DNA of 40,761 bases from positions 1-40,761 of IMG/VR virus record IMGVR_UViG_3300006872_000014; one strand, written 5' to 3'. This document shows positions 16,122 to 25,847 of this stretch, in pieces. Numbering within the stretch: position 1 is the first letter of the stretch; each line of letters opens with the position of its first letter. The notes under the pieces were generated by a model, which saw nothing but the letters and a program-made list of their open reading frames with translations, did not search any database and was not told where the DNA came from. Source of the stretch: a virus. Lineage: Duplodnaviria > Caudoviricetes. A program made the translations under genes and the position numbers.

Positions 16122-19100
16122 CACCACGCCTGCCCTGCATCATAGGTTGCAAAGGTCGAAAGACCGCCGATCATCGTTTGCCATGCGACATGGAAGGCTT
16201 GCGTCGTCGTCGCCGACCGGCGCCAGTATTCGCATAGGCGTCCGTCGAAGTTGCGCGTATGGAGCGGCACATTCGGCGGATTGCCGTTGTGGTTGCCCAT
16301 CGAAAGCGGCGTCGTTCCAGCGACGAATGTTCCTACCGGAGCCGTCGCGACAGTCACCGCCGCGTTGGCCCCGTTAAGCGTGAATATCGGATCAGCCGTC
16401 GAGCCGTCATGGCTGTAGCAGAATCCGGCCCATGTGTTGAGGGTCGCGTAGGTGGTGTACCATTTGCCGTCAGTTGTCGAAAACTCGCGCTCAAGAACGA
16501 TCGCTCCGATATTGTCCTGAATGTATAGATCGTCTCCGTCGCGCATGTGGAAGAGGCGGGCGAACCCGGTGTCGGCGACCCCGACGCCGCCGCCGCCCTT
16601 CGCCGAGCGATTGAAGAATATCCCGCACGAGAGCGCCGCATTGTTCGTCGTCAGCACGCTGTCGCTAGCGTCCCCGGCGTTGACGCCTTGGCTGTCATAG
16701 CCTCTCGCTGAGAGCCTGTTCGGCCCTCCGCCCGCGATAAGCTGCGTCCCGAATTGCTGGAAGATTTCCCCATTCGCATGGTTCGCTGTCATTTCGACCG
16801 TGTAGAGATCGAAATCCTGATAGACTTCTTGGCTTCCATACTGCGCGCTCGCCGCAGGCTGGGTGAGCGTGCCGTCGCCGCCGGTCCTCAATTTCACCAC
16901 GGCCCCGACGCTCATCGCGTTCGGCGTCCTAGTGCGCAATCTTCCGGTGCCAGCCGTCTTGTTGAAGTTCATGATGTGCAGCGGCAGCCGCGTCGTTTTG
17001 TCCGCGAGATAGGCTTTGATGTCGCCGCCGTTCGATTGCGCCTTCTGGAAGAATTGATGCGCCGCACCGCCGGGAAGGAGGCTTAGATCAATGTCCCACA
17101 CAAATCCGGCTTCAAGCCCGGCCGCATAAGCGAGCGTCGCCGTCGTCTCCCATTCCGTCTGCGGCGTCGGCGGGGCGACCCCGGTCAGATTCTCGACATG
17201 ACGCCAGAACACATTACCCCTGAGTTCGATGGCGTCGATATGCGGCGAGGCCCCGCCGGTGATATGCTGCGCGGTGTTTCCGCTAACCGTTCCGTAGACG
17301 AAGTTATCGGAGGTGCGCTTGATCTCGATGACGCCGCCAGACGCAGCGGCGTAATAGGTGATGGTGAGGTCATGCGCATTGCCGTCGAGAAGATCGAGGC
17401 CCGTCGTCGTCACCGCGTCCGGCGCGGCTTGGCCGAGATAGGTGAGGGTCAAAGCTCCTGACGCGCCTGGCTTCATCGCGACGAAATCGCCATTCGAGGT
17501 CATGTTGAGGCGGCCGTATTCCGCCGTCCTCGTTCCGTCAGGATGAATTATGAGCCTAACGGCCCTTGTAGCGTTCGCCTGTAACGAAGAGCCGAGTGAG
17601 AATAGGCCAATCTCGAATTCATTGGCGCTGTATAGCGCCCTGTCTCCAGCATCATCGACGACGGTGAAGCCGTTCGCCAAGACAGCTCCGGCAAGGATGA
17701 GGCTCACGCGGGTTTCTCCTTCGAAATCTTCAACGAGGTTTGTCGGAGGCGTGATCGAACCCGCGCCCTGACGCGAATTGTCATAGATCGCCTTCGCCGC
17801 GCCGGCGGTCGGAATGGTTCCGATCGAAGTGACGGGAAGTTCGAACCACGGAGCCCCCGCCGTCGCGAGATTGTCGTCGCGGACGTATTTGTAATAGTTC
17901 GAAATGATCTTGCCGGGGTAAAGCGCCGTGAATTCCTGAATGAAGCGGTTGATGACCGCCTCGCCGTAAGAGCCGTCGCGGAAGCGGTTCCGATAGCCGA
18001 TGAGGCCCGGAATGTTCGCCGTGTCGGTTCCGCTCACGTCCTCATGGAACCAGCCCTCATAGTTCCCAAGATACTCCATGCCCGCCGCGTCGCAGGCGTT
18101 CTTGTGGCGCGTGATCGAGCCCAATTGTCCGAATACGGATGATGCGCCCGAGGCTGCGTTCACATACCAGTTGAAAATAATCTGATCCAGATTATCCTCA
18201 GATACGGCCACAGCGGCGTTGAACGCCGCGTAAAATTCGGAGGAAGTCTGCGCGCCGAACGGGTTGCCGTTTCCTGGAGAACGGCTCGTCCATTTGAACC
18301 CTTCGGAGAGGTAGTTCGTCGTCATGATCCCGAGGCGGCCGATCGGGAGCGAGGCCGAGGGGAATTCAGCCGAGAAGACGTTCCAGCCGTCAGCCCATTG
18401 CTGGGTGTTGGGGGCGGAAACATTCGTCTGCGCGCCGATCAGGAATTTCCATTGCTGGTTCGGCTTCATCTCGGCGATGACGCGGGCGATCTCGGTCGCC
18501 GCGAGATTTCCGAAATACGCCGCCCCGCCGAACGCCGTGTTGGCGCCGTATTGCGGAAGGCCGGTTCTCGACTTCAGATGATCCGTCACCGCCTTGGCGA
18601 AGGCGTTTGAGAGAGGGAAGTTTCCATAGCCCCAAATCTCGTTTCCGAAGCCGAGGAAGAAGATCGTGCTGTCCGGGTATCCGGCGTCGATGAGATCCTG
18701 GACGCGAGCCTGCGCCCATGCCCGCCATTCGGTTTTGGCCGAGGCGACGATCGAGGAGAAATTCGCCGAAACGACGGCGGCGTAGGCGTTGTAGAGCGCG
18801 ACTTCGGAGGCGCTGCCGAATGGATTTGCGCCAGCCGCAGCCGTATAGAAGCCGTTCGGATCGCTCGCGGTGACGCCCATGCCGAAGGTTATGGGAACCT
18901 CGAAATGGAGCGCCGCGCCTTTCTCGGCGCATTTCTTCGCCCACATGTAGATGTTGGTCCCCTGCCTAAGCAGGTTCGAATTCGCAACATTTGGATTGCC
19001 GCTCGCCACCCATGAACGGGCGTTGGCAGTCAGGAGGTAGTCGGTCTTCGAAACCATGTTCGAAGCGTAGGCCGCCTTCCCCGCCGGCGAGCAGTGATCC

Positions 19101-21787
19101 ATGATGCGGATCACTTTGTCCTGCGCGAGATCGGCGTCTCCTTCGGAAGTGAACGGTTCCGTCTCCCATGAAGCTTCGTCGGCCGCCCGGCCCGCCCACC
19201 AGCGGCGGACCCAGATGTTCGAGCCAGAGCTGTTGGTCAGGGTGAGCGGATTTTGCGACGTGTCCGCCGAAGTGAGCGTCCTTGCAAAGCGGCGGCGAGT
19301 GAAAGTGAACGCCGCCCCGCCATTGATGAGCGATGATTGTCCGCCCGAGACGCCGGTGACGGTCCCGCTTTCGGCCCATGAGCCGGTGAACGCGGAAGCG
19401 TCCGCCACATCTCCGGTCCTGACGTCGATCTGCATCGACCATGCGCCGGTCTGGAAATTGGCGAGAGCGGAAAGATTGTTCTGAGTGGTGCGCGGCTGCG
19501 TGATCGGCATCGATTCGCCAGGCGCGAGCATGAACCAGCCGGTTGTGGGGTCGCTCTCCCCATCAAGGACCTTCTGGATCGAACCTTTAAGGTTCGTCGT
19601 CCATATTTTGTTGGACCCTGCGGAAGCGGCTTCGAACCCGATGACGCGCGTCTTGTTCTTGAGAAGGACATGGAAACCGACGCTGATCGGGCTGTCAGCC
19701 TCGATCCCGCGCTGCATGATCGGCTTGCCGTCGAGCGTGTTGGGGATGAGGGTTCCAGGAGGCGGCGGATCAGCGGGATTTGCGAGCTGCGTATGCGTCC
19801 AGTTCTGGATGACGCCTACGTTGCCGGCGATGTCGCTGATGCTGAGAAGGAAGGACGCCGAGCCGACGAAGGAAGCGGCGGACTGGTCGAAATCGATGAG
19901 GCCGGTCGAGCCGATGGTGAAGGTCCCGGCTCCCGAAACGTTCTGCGTCGTGCCGAGATCGGCCCCGTTGATGTCGCGGAAGCGGACGGAGGAAAGATCG
20001 AGCGGATAGGTTCCCGCGATCCAGAAAGAAGCGGCGTTGAACGGGGTGAAATCGATCCCCTTCGTCGATTGCGTGGCGATGGAGCCTGAGCCAGCCGCTT
20101 GCGGCGCGACGACGGCGCGCCAGTCGATCGTTTTCGTGACGAGCGTCTGCGGCCCGCCTGCGGTCGCTTCGAGCGTGTAGGTGAGCGTTCCAGATGCCGA
20201 GGCGGGAGAGACCGGCGTCAACGTCACCTGCTTCCTGTCCGCCGAAATGACTGCAGAGCCTACGTCCAGATTGGCCGAGAGGGCGACGATAAAGTTGTTG
20301 TTCGCATCGTCGGAATTGGCGACCACATCGAGCGTGATCGACTTGTCCGCTGTGGCTGTGATGGTGGAAGGAAGGCCGTCCACAGGGGGATTGTGGATCG
20401 ACTTGAAAACCGGGCTGCCCTGCACTGGATTGCCTGCCAAAGTGCCGGAATAGGTCGCGGTCCCTTGCAGAATCTCATTATTGGCGAAGACGCCGGTAAG
20501 ATCGAAAACGCCCGAGCCAAGAGCGTTCTTCGTCACCTTGCCGGTAAGGGCGGCGGGAATGGTGATGTCCTCCGCCGCATCCGTGCCAAGCGCGGTTCGA
20601 ACGTCAACCCGTTGAACGGTGGTCGCGTTCTCAGGCCATGTCACCGTTTGCACGGGATCGATGATGACGACGGGCGAGGCCGGACGATCAAAGGTGAAGG
20701 CTTGCGTATCGACCGATCTGGCGAGGGCGCCGGTCTCGGTTGCGCGAAGGATGAAAGAGCGGGTGACGGCCCCGCCCTCTACAGGGTAGGCGATGTTGAC
20801 CCCATCCCATGAATAGCCTGCAGGCGGATTTGTGCCATCGGCGTTTTTGAGGGCGTAGGTGAGGCTTTCCGAATCCGAGAACACCGTCGACGCGGCGAGC
20901 GGGAAATTTCCGGTTTCAGCGATGGCGATCGAGATCGGCGTGACGGCGGAAAGGACGATCGGCAAGGGATTGGCGACCACATCCCACGGCGCGCTGACCT
21001 GAGCGGTCTTGCCGTTGGCGTCCGTCACCTTGTAGAGGCCGGTCTTGAGCCCGGAGCCGGTCGCTTGCGAAGTGAGCGAGGCGACGCCGTTTGAAATCCC
21101 TGAGAGCGTGAAATTCGTGAGCGCCGTTCCGTCAGAATTCAAAACCTGATAGGAAAGAGGCGCGGCCCCGCCGGAGAAGAAGACCTTCAAATCTTCCGTG
21201 AAGGCGGTCGGAACCCCCTCCGCGAAACTGCGCTGCGCCGGCTGCGCGACGGCGACCGGGCCTTGAACGACGGCTGGAATCTTCGTCCCCGTCGAATTGA
21301 TCGTGACTGGCGTCCATGAGATTTTGCGATGGGTCGCCAAGTCCATCACGGCTTCGGCTTCGAAGCTCGCCTGAATCGGGGTTCCCTGATCGTAATTCGC
21401 CCGCCACGCCGGATCGACTTTCAGCCGAAAATGCTCTCCACCCAAATGCGTGACTAGGGTTCCCGTCTGCGCTTTGGTGAAAGCTCCCGAGACGAACGTC
21501 GCGCGGCCTCCGGAGGACGGAAGGCGGACAAGATAGGCCCCCGCATTGTCAGGATCGGGCGTAACGACGGGCGGCAGCGCGGCGGGCGCGCCGACGAGCA
21601 GCGCGTCGATGCCGGCTGAATTATTATAGAGCCGGGTATAGCGGTCGTAATCCGCATTCGACAGCGACTTCGATGCATAAACCAGCGACGCCGCCTTGTC
21701 TGGATAAACCGGCGTCGCGCCTTTCGGCACGTCGATGATTTCGCGGATTTGATAGACCGGCGGCTGCTGCGTCGTGACGGGTGGCAT
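16121..21787 (-). CDS. 1888-aa multidomain protein: Ig/cadherin-like repeats, GH-like TIM barrel, DUF2341-like and LamG-like domains
   Basis: Beta-rich repeats (YKVTDANG, FSDSESLTY, LDVVANSDD). GH-like motifs IRIMD, GNEIWG and YEGWFH. FQKAQSNGGDI and FDGRLCE near the C-terminus. Confidence 0.7.
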   Translation of the reverse strand: MPPVTTQQPPVYQIREIIDVPKGATPVYPDKAASLVYASKSLSNADYDRYTRLYNNSAGIDALLVGAPAALPPVVTPDPDNAGAYLVRLPSSGGRATFVSGAFTKAQTGTLVTHLGGEHFRLKVDPAWRANYDQGTPIQASFEAEAVMDLATHRKISWTPVTINSTGTKIPAVVQGPVAVAQPAQRSFAEGVPTAFTEDLKVFFSGGAAPLSYQVLNSDGTALTNFTLSGISNGVASLTSQATGSGLKTGLYKVTDANGKTAQVSAPWDVVANPLPIVLSAVTPISIAIAETGNFPLAASTVFSDSESLTYALKNADGTNPPAGYSWDGVNIAYPVEGGAVTRSFILRATETGALARSVDTQAFTFDRPASPVVIIDPVQTVTWPENATTVQRVDVRTALGTDAAEDITIPAALTGKVTKNALGSGVFDLTGVFANNEILQGTATYSGTLAGNPVQGSPVFKSIHNPPVDGLPSTITATADKSITLDVVANSDDANNNFIVALSANLDVGSAVISADRKQVTLTPVSPASASGTLTYTLEATAGGPQTLVTKTIDWRAVVAPQAAGSGSIATQSTKGIDFTPFNAASFWIAGTYPLDLSSVRFRDINGADLGTTQNVSGAGTFTIGSTGLIDFDQSAASFVGSASFLLSISDIAGNVGVIQNWTHTQLANPADPPPPGTLIPNTLDGKPIMQRGIEADSPISVGFHVLLKNKTRVIGFEAASAGSNKIWTTNLKGSIQKVLDGESDPTTGWFMLAPGESMPITQPRTTQNNLSALANFQTGAWSMQIDVRTGDVADASAFTGSWAESGTVTGVSGGQSSLINGGAAFTFTRRRFARTLTSADTSQNPLTLTNSSGSNIWVRRWWAGRAADEASWETEPFTSEGDADLAQDKVIRIMDHCSPAGKAAYASNMVSKTDYLLTANARSWVASGNPNVANSNLLRQGTNIYMWAKKCAEKGAALHFEVPITFGMGVTASDPNGFYTAAAGANPFGSASEVALYNAYAAVVSANFSSIVASAKTEWRAWAQARVQDLIDAGYPDSTIFFLGFGNEIWGYGNFPLSNAFAKAVTDHLKSRTGLPQYGANTAFGGAAYFGNLAATEIARVIAEMKPNQQWKFLIGAQTNVSAPNTQQWADGWNVFSAEFPSASLPIGRLGIMTTNYLSEGFKWTSRSPGNGNPFGAQTSSEFYAAFNAAVAVSEDNLDQIIFNWYVNAASGASSVFGQLGSITRHKNACDAAGMEYLGNYEGWFHEDVSGTDTANIPGLIGYRNRFRDGSYGEAVINRFIQEFTALYPGKIISNYYKYVRDDNLATAGAPWFELPVTSIGTIPTAGAAKAIYDNSRQGAGSITPPTNLVEDFEGETRVSLILAGAVLANGFTVVDDAGDRALYSANEFEIGLFSLGSSLQANATRAVRLIIHPDGTRTAEYGRLNMTSNGDFVAMKPGASGALTLTYLGQAAPDAVTTTGLDLLDGNAHDLTITYYAAASGGVIEIKRTSDNFVYGTVSGNTAQHITGGASPHIDAIELRGNVFWRHVENLTGVAPPTPQTEWETTATLAYAAGLEAGFVWDIDLSLLPGGAAHQFFQKAQSNGGDIKAYLADKTTRLPLHIMNFNKTAGTGRLRTRTPNAMSVGAVVKLRTGGDGTLTQPAASAQYGSQEVYQDFDLYTVEMTANHANGEIFQQFGTQLIAGGGPNRLSARGYDSQGVNAGDASDSVLTTNNAALSCGIFFNRSAKGGGGVGVADTGFARLFHMRDGDDLYIQDNIGAIVLEREFSTTDGKWYTTYATLNTWAGFCYSHDGSTADPIFTLNGANAAVTVATAPVGTFVAGTTPLSMGNHNGNPPNVPLHTRNFDGRLCEYWRRSATTTQAFHVAWQTMIGGLSTFATYDAGQAW

Positions 21788-21794
21788 TGTTCAC

Positions 21795-24700
21795 CTATGC
21801 GGGTTTGTCGGCGCGAAGCGCGATCTTGAAGCGGTCCATGCGGGCGAAATATCCGCCGTTGCGCGAGAAGCCGCCCCAATAGGGCGCGAGCGGAATTGTC
21901 GGCGTGACGGCCGTCGTGATGTGGCCGGCAAAAACGCCGTTGAGGAAGAAATCGGCGTTGCCGCGATAATCGATCTCGATGCGCAAAATCTGATAGACCG
22001 AATTGACGTGCAGCCTGCCGCTGTCGAAATTCCGGACGACGCCGTTCGCACATGCGACGCAGCGCCAGTTGTCGGTCGAGAAATTCGTGTCGAAGAGCCA
22101 GCCGACCGCATCTGTCGCGTTCGCGATCACCGACGAGCCGTTATGCTCCATCGGCATTTCAAGCGCCGAATTCTGGTCGGTGAAGCCGAAGAACAGCGCC
22201 GCGTCCGTCACGTCGTTATGAGTAACGTCGGCCTCGATAACGAGCCCGCGTTGCGAGCGATAGACGAGCGGACCGACCATCTGGACGCCGTTCACCGCCA
22301 TCGTTTTCGTCACGGTGTTTTTCACGTCGAACGTTAAAAGGCCGCGTTCCGCCGTCGCGTCGATATAGGGGAGCAACGTCGCGCCGTCCGATCCCTTGGC
22401 GGTGTTCCAGAAGCGCGAATTCGGCTGCGTCGCGGTGCCGCTGGCGATCTCGTCGAAAAACTCGCGGCGCATCTGCCATTCGCGATGATCGTTCTCGTGC
22501 AGGATTTTCGGATCAAGAATTTTATTGTTTCCGAATGGAACTGTCGGATAGGTCGCCTCGTCGAAATAGGTGCGGCAATCGACCTTGTTGCCGGGGCCGA
22601 TCTGCAAATTCGAAACGCCGGCGGCGGTCGCCTTTACGAAGGCGCGGAAGCGGGTTTTCAGTTTGAGACTGTGCGACGATCCGACGCCAAGCGCGGTAAC
22701 GTCGATCGCCGTCGCGCCGCCCTCGTTCAGCTTGAGCGTGTCGGCGGTGATGTCGCGCGGAATGTAAATCTGTCCGTCCGTATAGCCGGCGATCGCGGTC
22801 CCGCCGCCCGCCGAATATTCAAGCTGCATCCCCGTGTCGTAACCGTGACCGACGATCAGTTCGTGCGCCGTTCCCGAGCCGGCCGAGGTCAGGTTGATCG
22901 CAGCGCCGCCCTCGCTCGCCGCCAGTTTGAAAACACTGTTGACGCCATCATAGGACCAGTCGCGGACATAATAGTCCGTGTCCGTCGAAAGACCGCCAAT
23001 CGCGGCGCCGCCGCCATGGCGATAACGCAGCTTCTGATTGTTCTGGAAAACGCTGCCAGCGAGCGTGATCGTGTCATTGGCGACGCTCGCCGCCGTCGCC
23101 GGATTGAACACGGTCACGCTCGACAAGGTAAGCGTGTCGTTCGCGGTTGAAACGACCGACGCGGACGACCCGTCGAAAATCCGCACATAACCGACGCCGT
23201 CGTCGCTCGTCACAGTGTTGCCGTCGATCTGCACGTTCGGTGCGGCGACCGCGATCACATGATCGATCATGTCGTTGAAGCGGTCGGCGGTGAGGCCGAA
23301 GCGGTCGCGGAATTGATTGTTGAGGATCGCCGCGCCGTTCCACAAAGACCCCTTCAACTCGATCGCCGGCGCGTTCGTCTGGATGATGAAGGTGTTGCGC
23401 TCGATGACGAGACCGCAATAGGCGTTGCCGACAAGATCGGTCGACTGATTGTTGAAGGTCGCGCCCTTGCCGCTGTCGGTGGCGAAGCGGTTGCCGGAAA
23501 TCTCCAAAACACGCGAATTCGAATTCGTGCTGGCCGCATCGACCAGCATGTCGATGGCGGCGACCGTCGTGTGATCGATGTAAGAATTCCTGATCCAGAC
23601 GTTGGTCAGCGACCCCGTATCGCCCGACGGCTTTCGCAAGCGCAGTCCGACCGGCCTGCCGTCCGCCGCCGATTCGGTTTTCGAAAACAACTGGAAGCCG
23701 CAGGACTGCATTTCGAAGGTGTCGATATTGGCGCCGGAAGCGCCAGACTGGATCGAAATGAAACAGCCATCGGCGTCGACATTGCCGGGAATTGTCGTGC
23801 CGCTCATTTCGACGCGATGAAGGCGTTTCACCGACGTGTTGTTGTAATCGAAGATCGAGTCTGCGGCCCCGGCCTGGACGCCGAATTCGATGTTCCATTG
23901 ATCGCAGAGGATAAGGCCGGCCTGCGTCGTTTTCAGCGCCTTGCCCCATCCGCGCCCGCCGATCCGCGAGATGACCCCGTCGCGCGCAAGCTGCAATTCG
24001 AACGCGGCTTGCGCCGGGTCCGGCGCGTTGAGATAGGAAATGTCGAAGCCGTCGATCAAAAAGCGGCGCAGATAATTCGGCGACGATCCGAGTTTGAACA
24101 ACGTGCCGACGGTCCCGGCGCCGGACGCCACTTGCAACTGCGTCGCGTTCGGGACGCCGAGCAGCGCAATGAAGTCTTCCGTCGCGGAAGTCGCCGGCCC
24201 GACAATCGCCGACAGCGGCGTCACATCGTCGAAAACATAAATGCCGGGATGAAAATCGACGACATTCACGTCGCCGGCCGCAATCGCCGAAACCATGGTC
24301 TCCCACGGCGCCATGTTCTCGGTGTTTTGCAGGATGCCGAAATAGCGCGCCGGGCGGCGTTTGGCGCCGGAAAAATAATTGACGGCGGAAAGCTGGCTCG
24401 GCGGGCGCGTCGCGCTCATCGTCGCGAAGCCGTCCTCATTGAGCGCGCCGGGCGAAAGCGCCGCAATCGCTTGCGCGACGCGCAGCGGGTTCATCTGCGT
24501 CACTTGATCGGTTCCGGCTTCCGCTTGCGTCTGGCTCGCGAAATTCGGGGCCAGCGGATCGGCGTTCGGCGCGGCGGCGGCGAGAATGTAGAGCCTGTTG
24601 TCGCCGGTGTTCTTGTAAATAGCCCCGGTGGCGGCGTCGGGGTCGGCCCATGCGGCGGCGGCGTTTGCAAAGGCGCCGATGTAAATCGTCCCAAGCGCAG

Positions 24701-25724
24701 CAGCGACATCTTCCGCTTCGAAGGCAGCGGCCTCAGAGCGCAGCGCGTCGGTCGCGCTATAGGCCGCATGATGCTTCGCCGACCTCAGCGAATAGATTTC
24801 ATGCGCGGTTCCGGTTCCGAGCGAGGTAATATCAACGGTCGAGCCGAAGCGCGAGCCGGCGAGCTTGAACGAATTCGGATCGACGACTTCGACCCAATAC
24901 TGCGTGTTGTGGACGAGGCCGACGGGGGCGGTTCCGCCGCCATTGCGATAGGTGACAGGCTGATCGTTGACAAGGCCGTGCGCAACCTTCGTAATGACGT
25001 TCGTCGTCGTGTTGAGATCGGTCTGGGGATTGAAGGTGAACTTGTCGCCGGTAACGCCTTCGACGGGCGTATCCACTGCGGCGTTGGTCCATGCCGCGGT
25101 GTCGTCGCGGGCGTCCTCGGCGGCGGCTTGTGCGGTTTCCGCGTTCGTCTCGGCGGTCTCCGCGCCAGTACGCGCCGTTTCCGCGGCGGCCTGAGCCGTC
25201 TCCGCATTCGTTTCGGCCGTCTCTGCATTGGTTTCGGCGAGTTCGGCGGCCGTTTTCGCAGTCTCCGCCGCCGCCTGGGCGCTCTCCGCCGCCGTTTGCG
25301 CGTTCTCGGCGTTCTGCTCGGCTAGTTCTGCATTCGCCTGAGCCGTCTCGGCGAGACTTTGAGCGAGTTGCGCCGCCGTCGCGGCGTCAAGCGCTTCATT
25401 TCGCGCCGTTTCGATGTCCGATCCGATGATGTATAGGATCGAATCCGTTTCCGGGGTATAATTGTCGATGGTGCGGAAAAGAAAGGTCGCTTCGTCCGGC
25501 GTCAGCAGGTCGATCTTGTAGTCGCCGATGCCGGATTTCAGCCAGCAAGCGGCGATGCCGGCGGCGTTGGTGACGACGGGATTTGAGAGCGCGACCGTCC
25601 CCGCTTCATCCGCATAGGCGGCTTTCGGCGTGGTTGTCCCGGCTGCTCGGGTTCTGAATTTCGCGCCGGGGACAGGGTTCCCAGAGGCGTCGAAAGCTTG
25701 GATTGCGACAAGCTGTCCGGCCAT
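21795..25724 (-). CDS. Tailspike/tail fibre with a pectate-lyase-like beta-helix (putative depolymerase)
   Basis: N-terminal virion-binding GNPVPGAK...AGTTTPKAAYAD...NPVV, an Ala/Glu/Thr heptad rod, a 'FHPGIY' beta-helix start, Asn ladders and a C-terminal lectin-like domain. Confidence 0.8.
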   Translation of the reverse strand: MAGQLVAIQAFDASGNPVPGAKFRTRAAGTTTPKAAYADEAGTVALSNPVVTNAAGIAACWLKSGIGDYKIDLLTPDEATFLFRTIDNYTPETDSILYIIGSDIETARNEALDAATAAQLAQSLAETAQANAELAEQNAENAQTAAESAQAAAETAKTAAELAETNAETAETNAETAQAAAETARTGAETAETNAETAQAAAEDARDDTAAWTNAAVDTPVEGVTGDKFTFNPQTDLNTTTNVITKVAHGLVNDQPVTYRNGGGTAPVGLVHNTQYWVEVVDPNSFKLAGSRFGSTVDITSLGTGTAHEIYSLRSAKHHAAYSATDALRSEAAAFEAEDVAAALGTIYIGAFANAAAAWADPDAATGAIYKNTGDNRLYILAAAAPNADPLAPNFASQTQAEAGTDQVTQMNPLRVAQAIAALSPGALNEDGFATMSATRPPSQLSAVNYFSGAKRRPARYFGILQNTENMAPWETMVSAIAAGDVNVVDFHPGIYVFDDVTPLSAIVGPATSATEDFIALLGVPNATQLQVASGAGTVGTLFKLGSSPNYLRRFLIDGFDISYLNAPDPAQAAFELQLARDGVISRIGGRGWGKALKTTQAGLILCDQWNIEFGVQAGAADSIFDYNNTSVKRLHRVEMSGTTIPGNVDADGCFISIQSGASGANIDTFEMQSCGFQLFSKTESAADGRPVGLRLRKPSGDTGSLTNVWIRNSYIDHTTVAAIDMLVDAASTNSNSRVLEISGNRFATDSGKGATFNNQSTDLVGNAYCGLVIERNTFIIQTNAPAIELKGSLWNGAAILNNQFRDRFGLTADRFNDMIDHVIAVAAPNVQIDGNTVTSDDGVGYVRIFDGSSASVVSTANDTLTLSSVTVFNPATAASVANDTITLAGSVFQNNQKLRYRHGGGAAIGGLSTDTDYYVRDWSYDGVNSVFKLAASEGGAAINLTSAGSGTAHELIVGHGYDTGMQLEYSAGGGTAIAGYTDGQIYIPRDITADTLKLNEGGATAIDVTALGVGSSHSLKLKTRFRAFVKATAAGVSNLQIGPGNKVDCRTYFDEATYPTVPFGNNKILDPKILHENDHREWQMRREFFDEIASGTATQPNSRFWNTAKGSDGATLLPYIDATAERGLLTFDVKNTVTKTMAVNGVQMVGPLVYRSQRGLVIEADVTHNDVTDAALFFGFTDQNSALEMPMEHNGSSVIANATDAVGWLFDTNFSTDNWRCVACANGVVRNFDSGRLHVNSVYQILRIEIDYRGNADFFLNGVFAGHITTAVTPTIPLAPYWGGFSRNGGYFARMDRFKIALRADKPA
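25100..25400 (-). repeat. Coding heptad repeats (AETAETN/AETAQAA) in the tailspike
   Basis: Imperfect 7-aa (21-bp) periodicity in the translation. Confidence 0.7.
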
Positions 25725-25743
25725 GGTTTCGGGGGCTCCAGTG

Positions 25744-25766
25744 AAAACCCCGCAGATGCGGGGTTT
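25744..25766 (-). terminator. Hairpin, possible rho-independent terminator
   Basis: AAACCCCGCA/TGCGGGGTTT perfect inverted repeat, ending in TTTT on the minus strand. Confidence 0.5.
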
Positions 25767-25847
25767 GGTGGGTAGACGGATCGATTGGTGGTTAGTCGGT
25801 TATGCGGCGACGATGATTTTCGTCGGAATCGTCATCAAGATTGCGGC

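Noticed and set aside
23259-25325. 688-aa + strand ORF, and similar long antisense ORFs (25879-26841, 27796-28785, 31048-32085, 34636-35997, 37425-38570, 7219-7851)
   Set aside because: These are shadow ORFs opposite well-supported genes. They are expected from high-GC codon bias and show no recognisable motifs.
16121-25724. Diversity-generating retroelement acting on the receptor-binding genes
   Set aside because: No reverse transcriptase gene is present and no adenine-variable TR/VR repeat pair was noticed.
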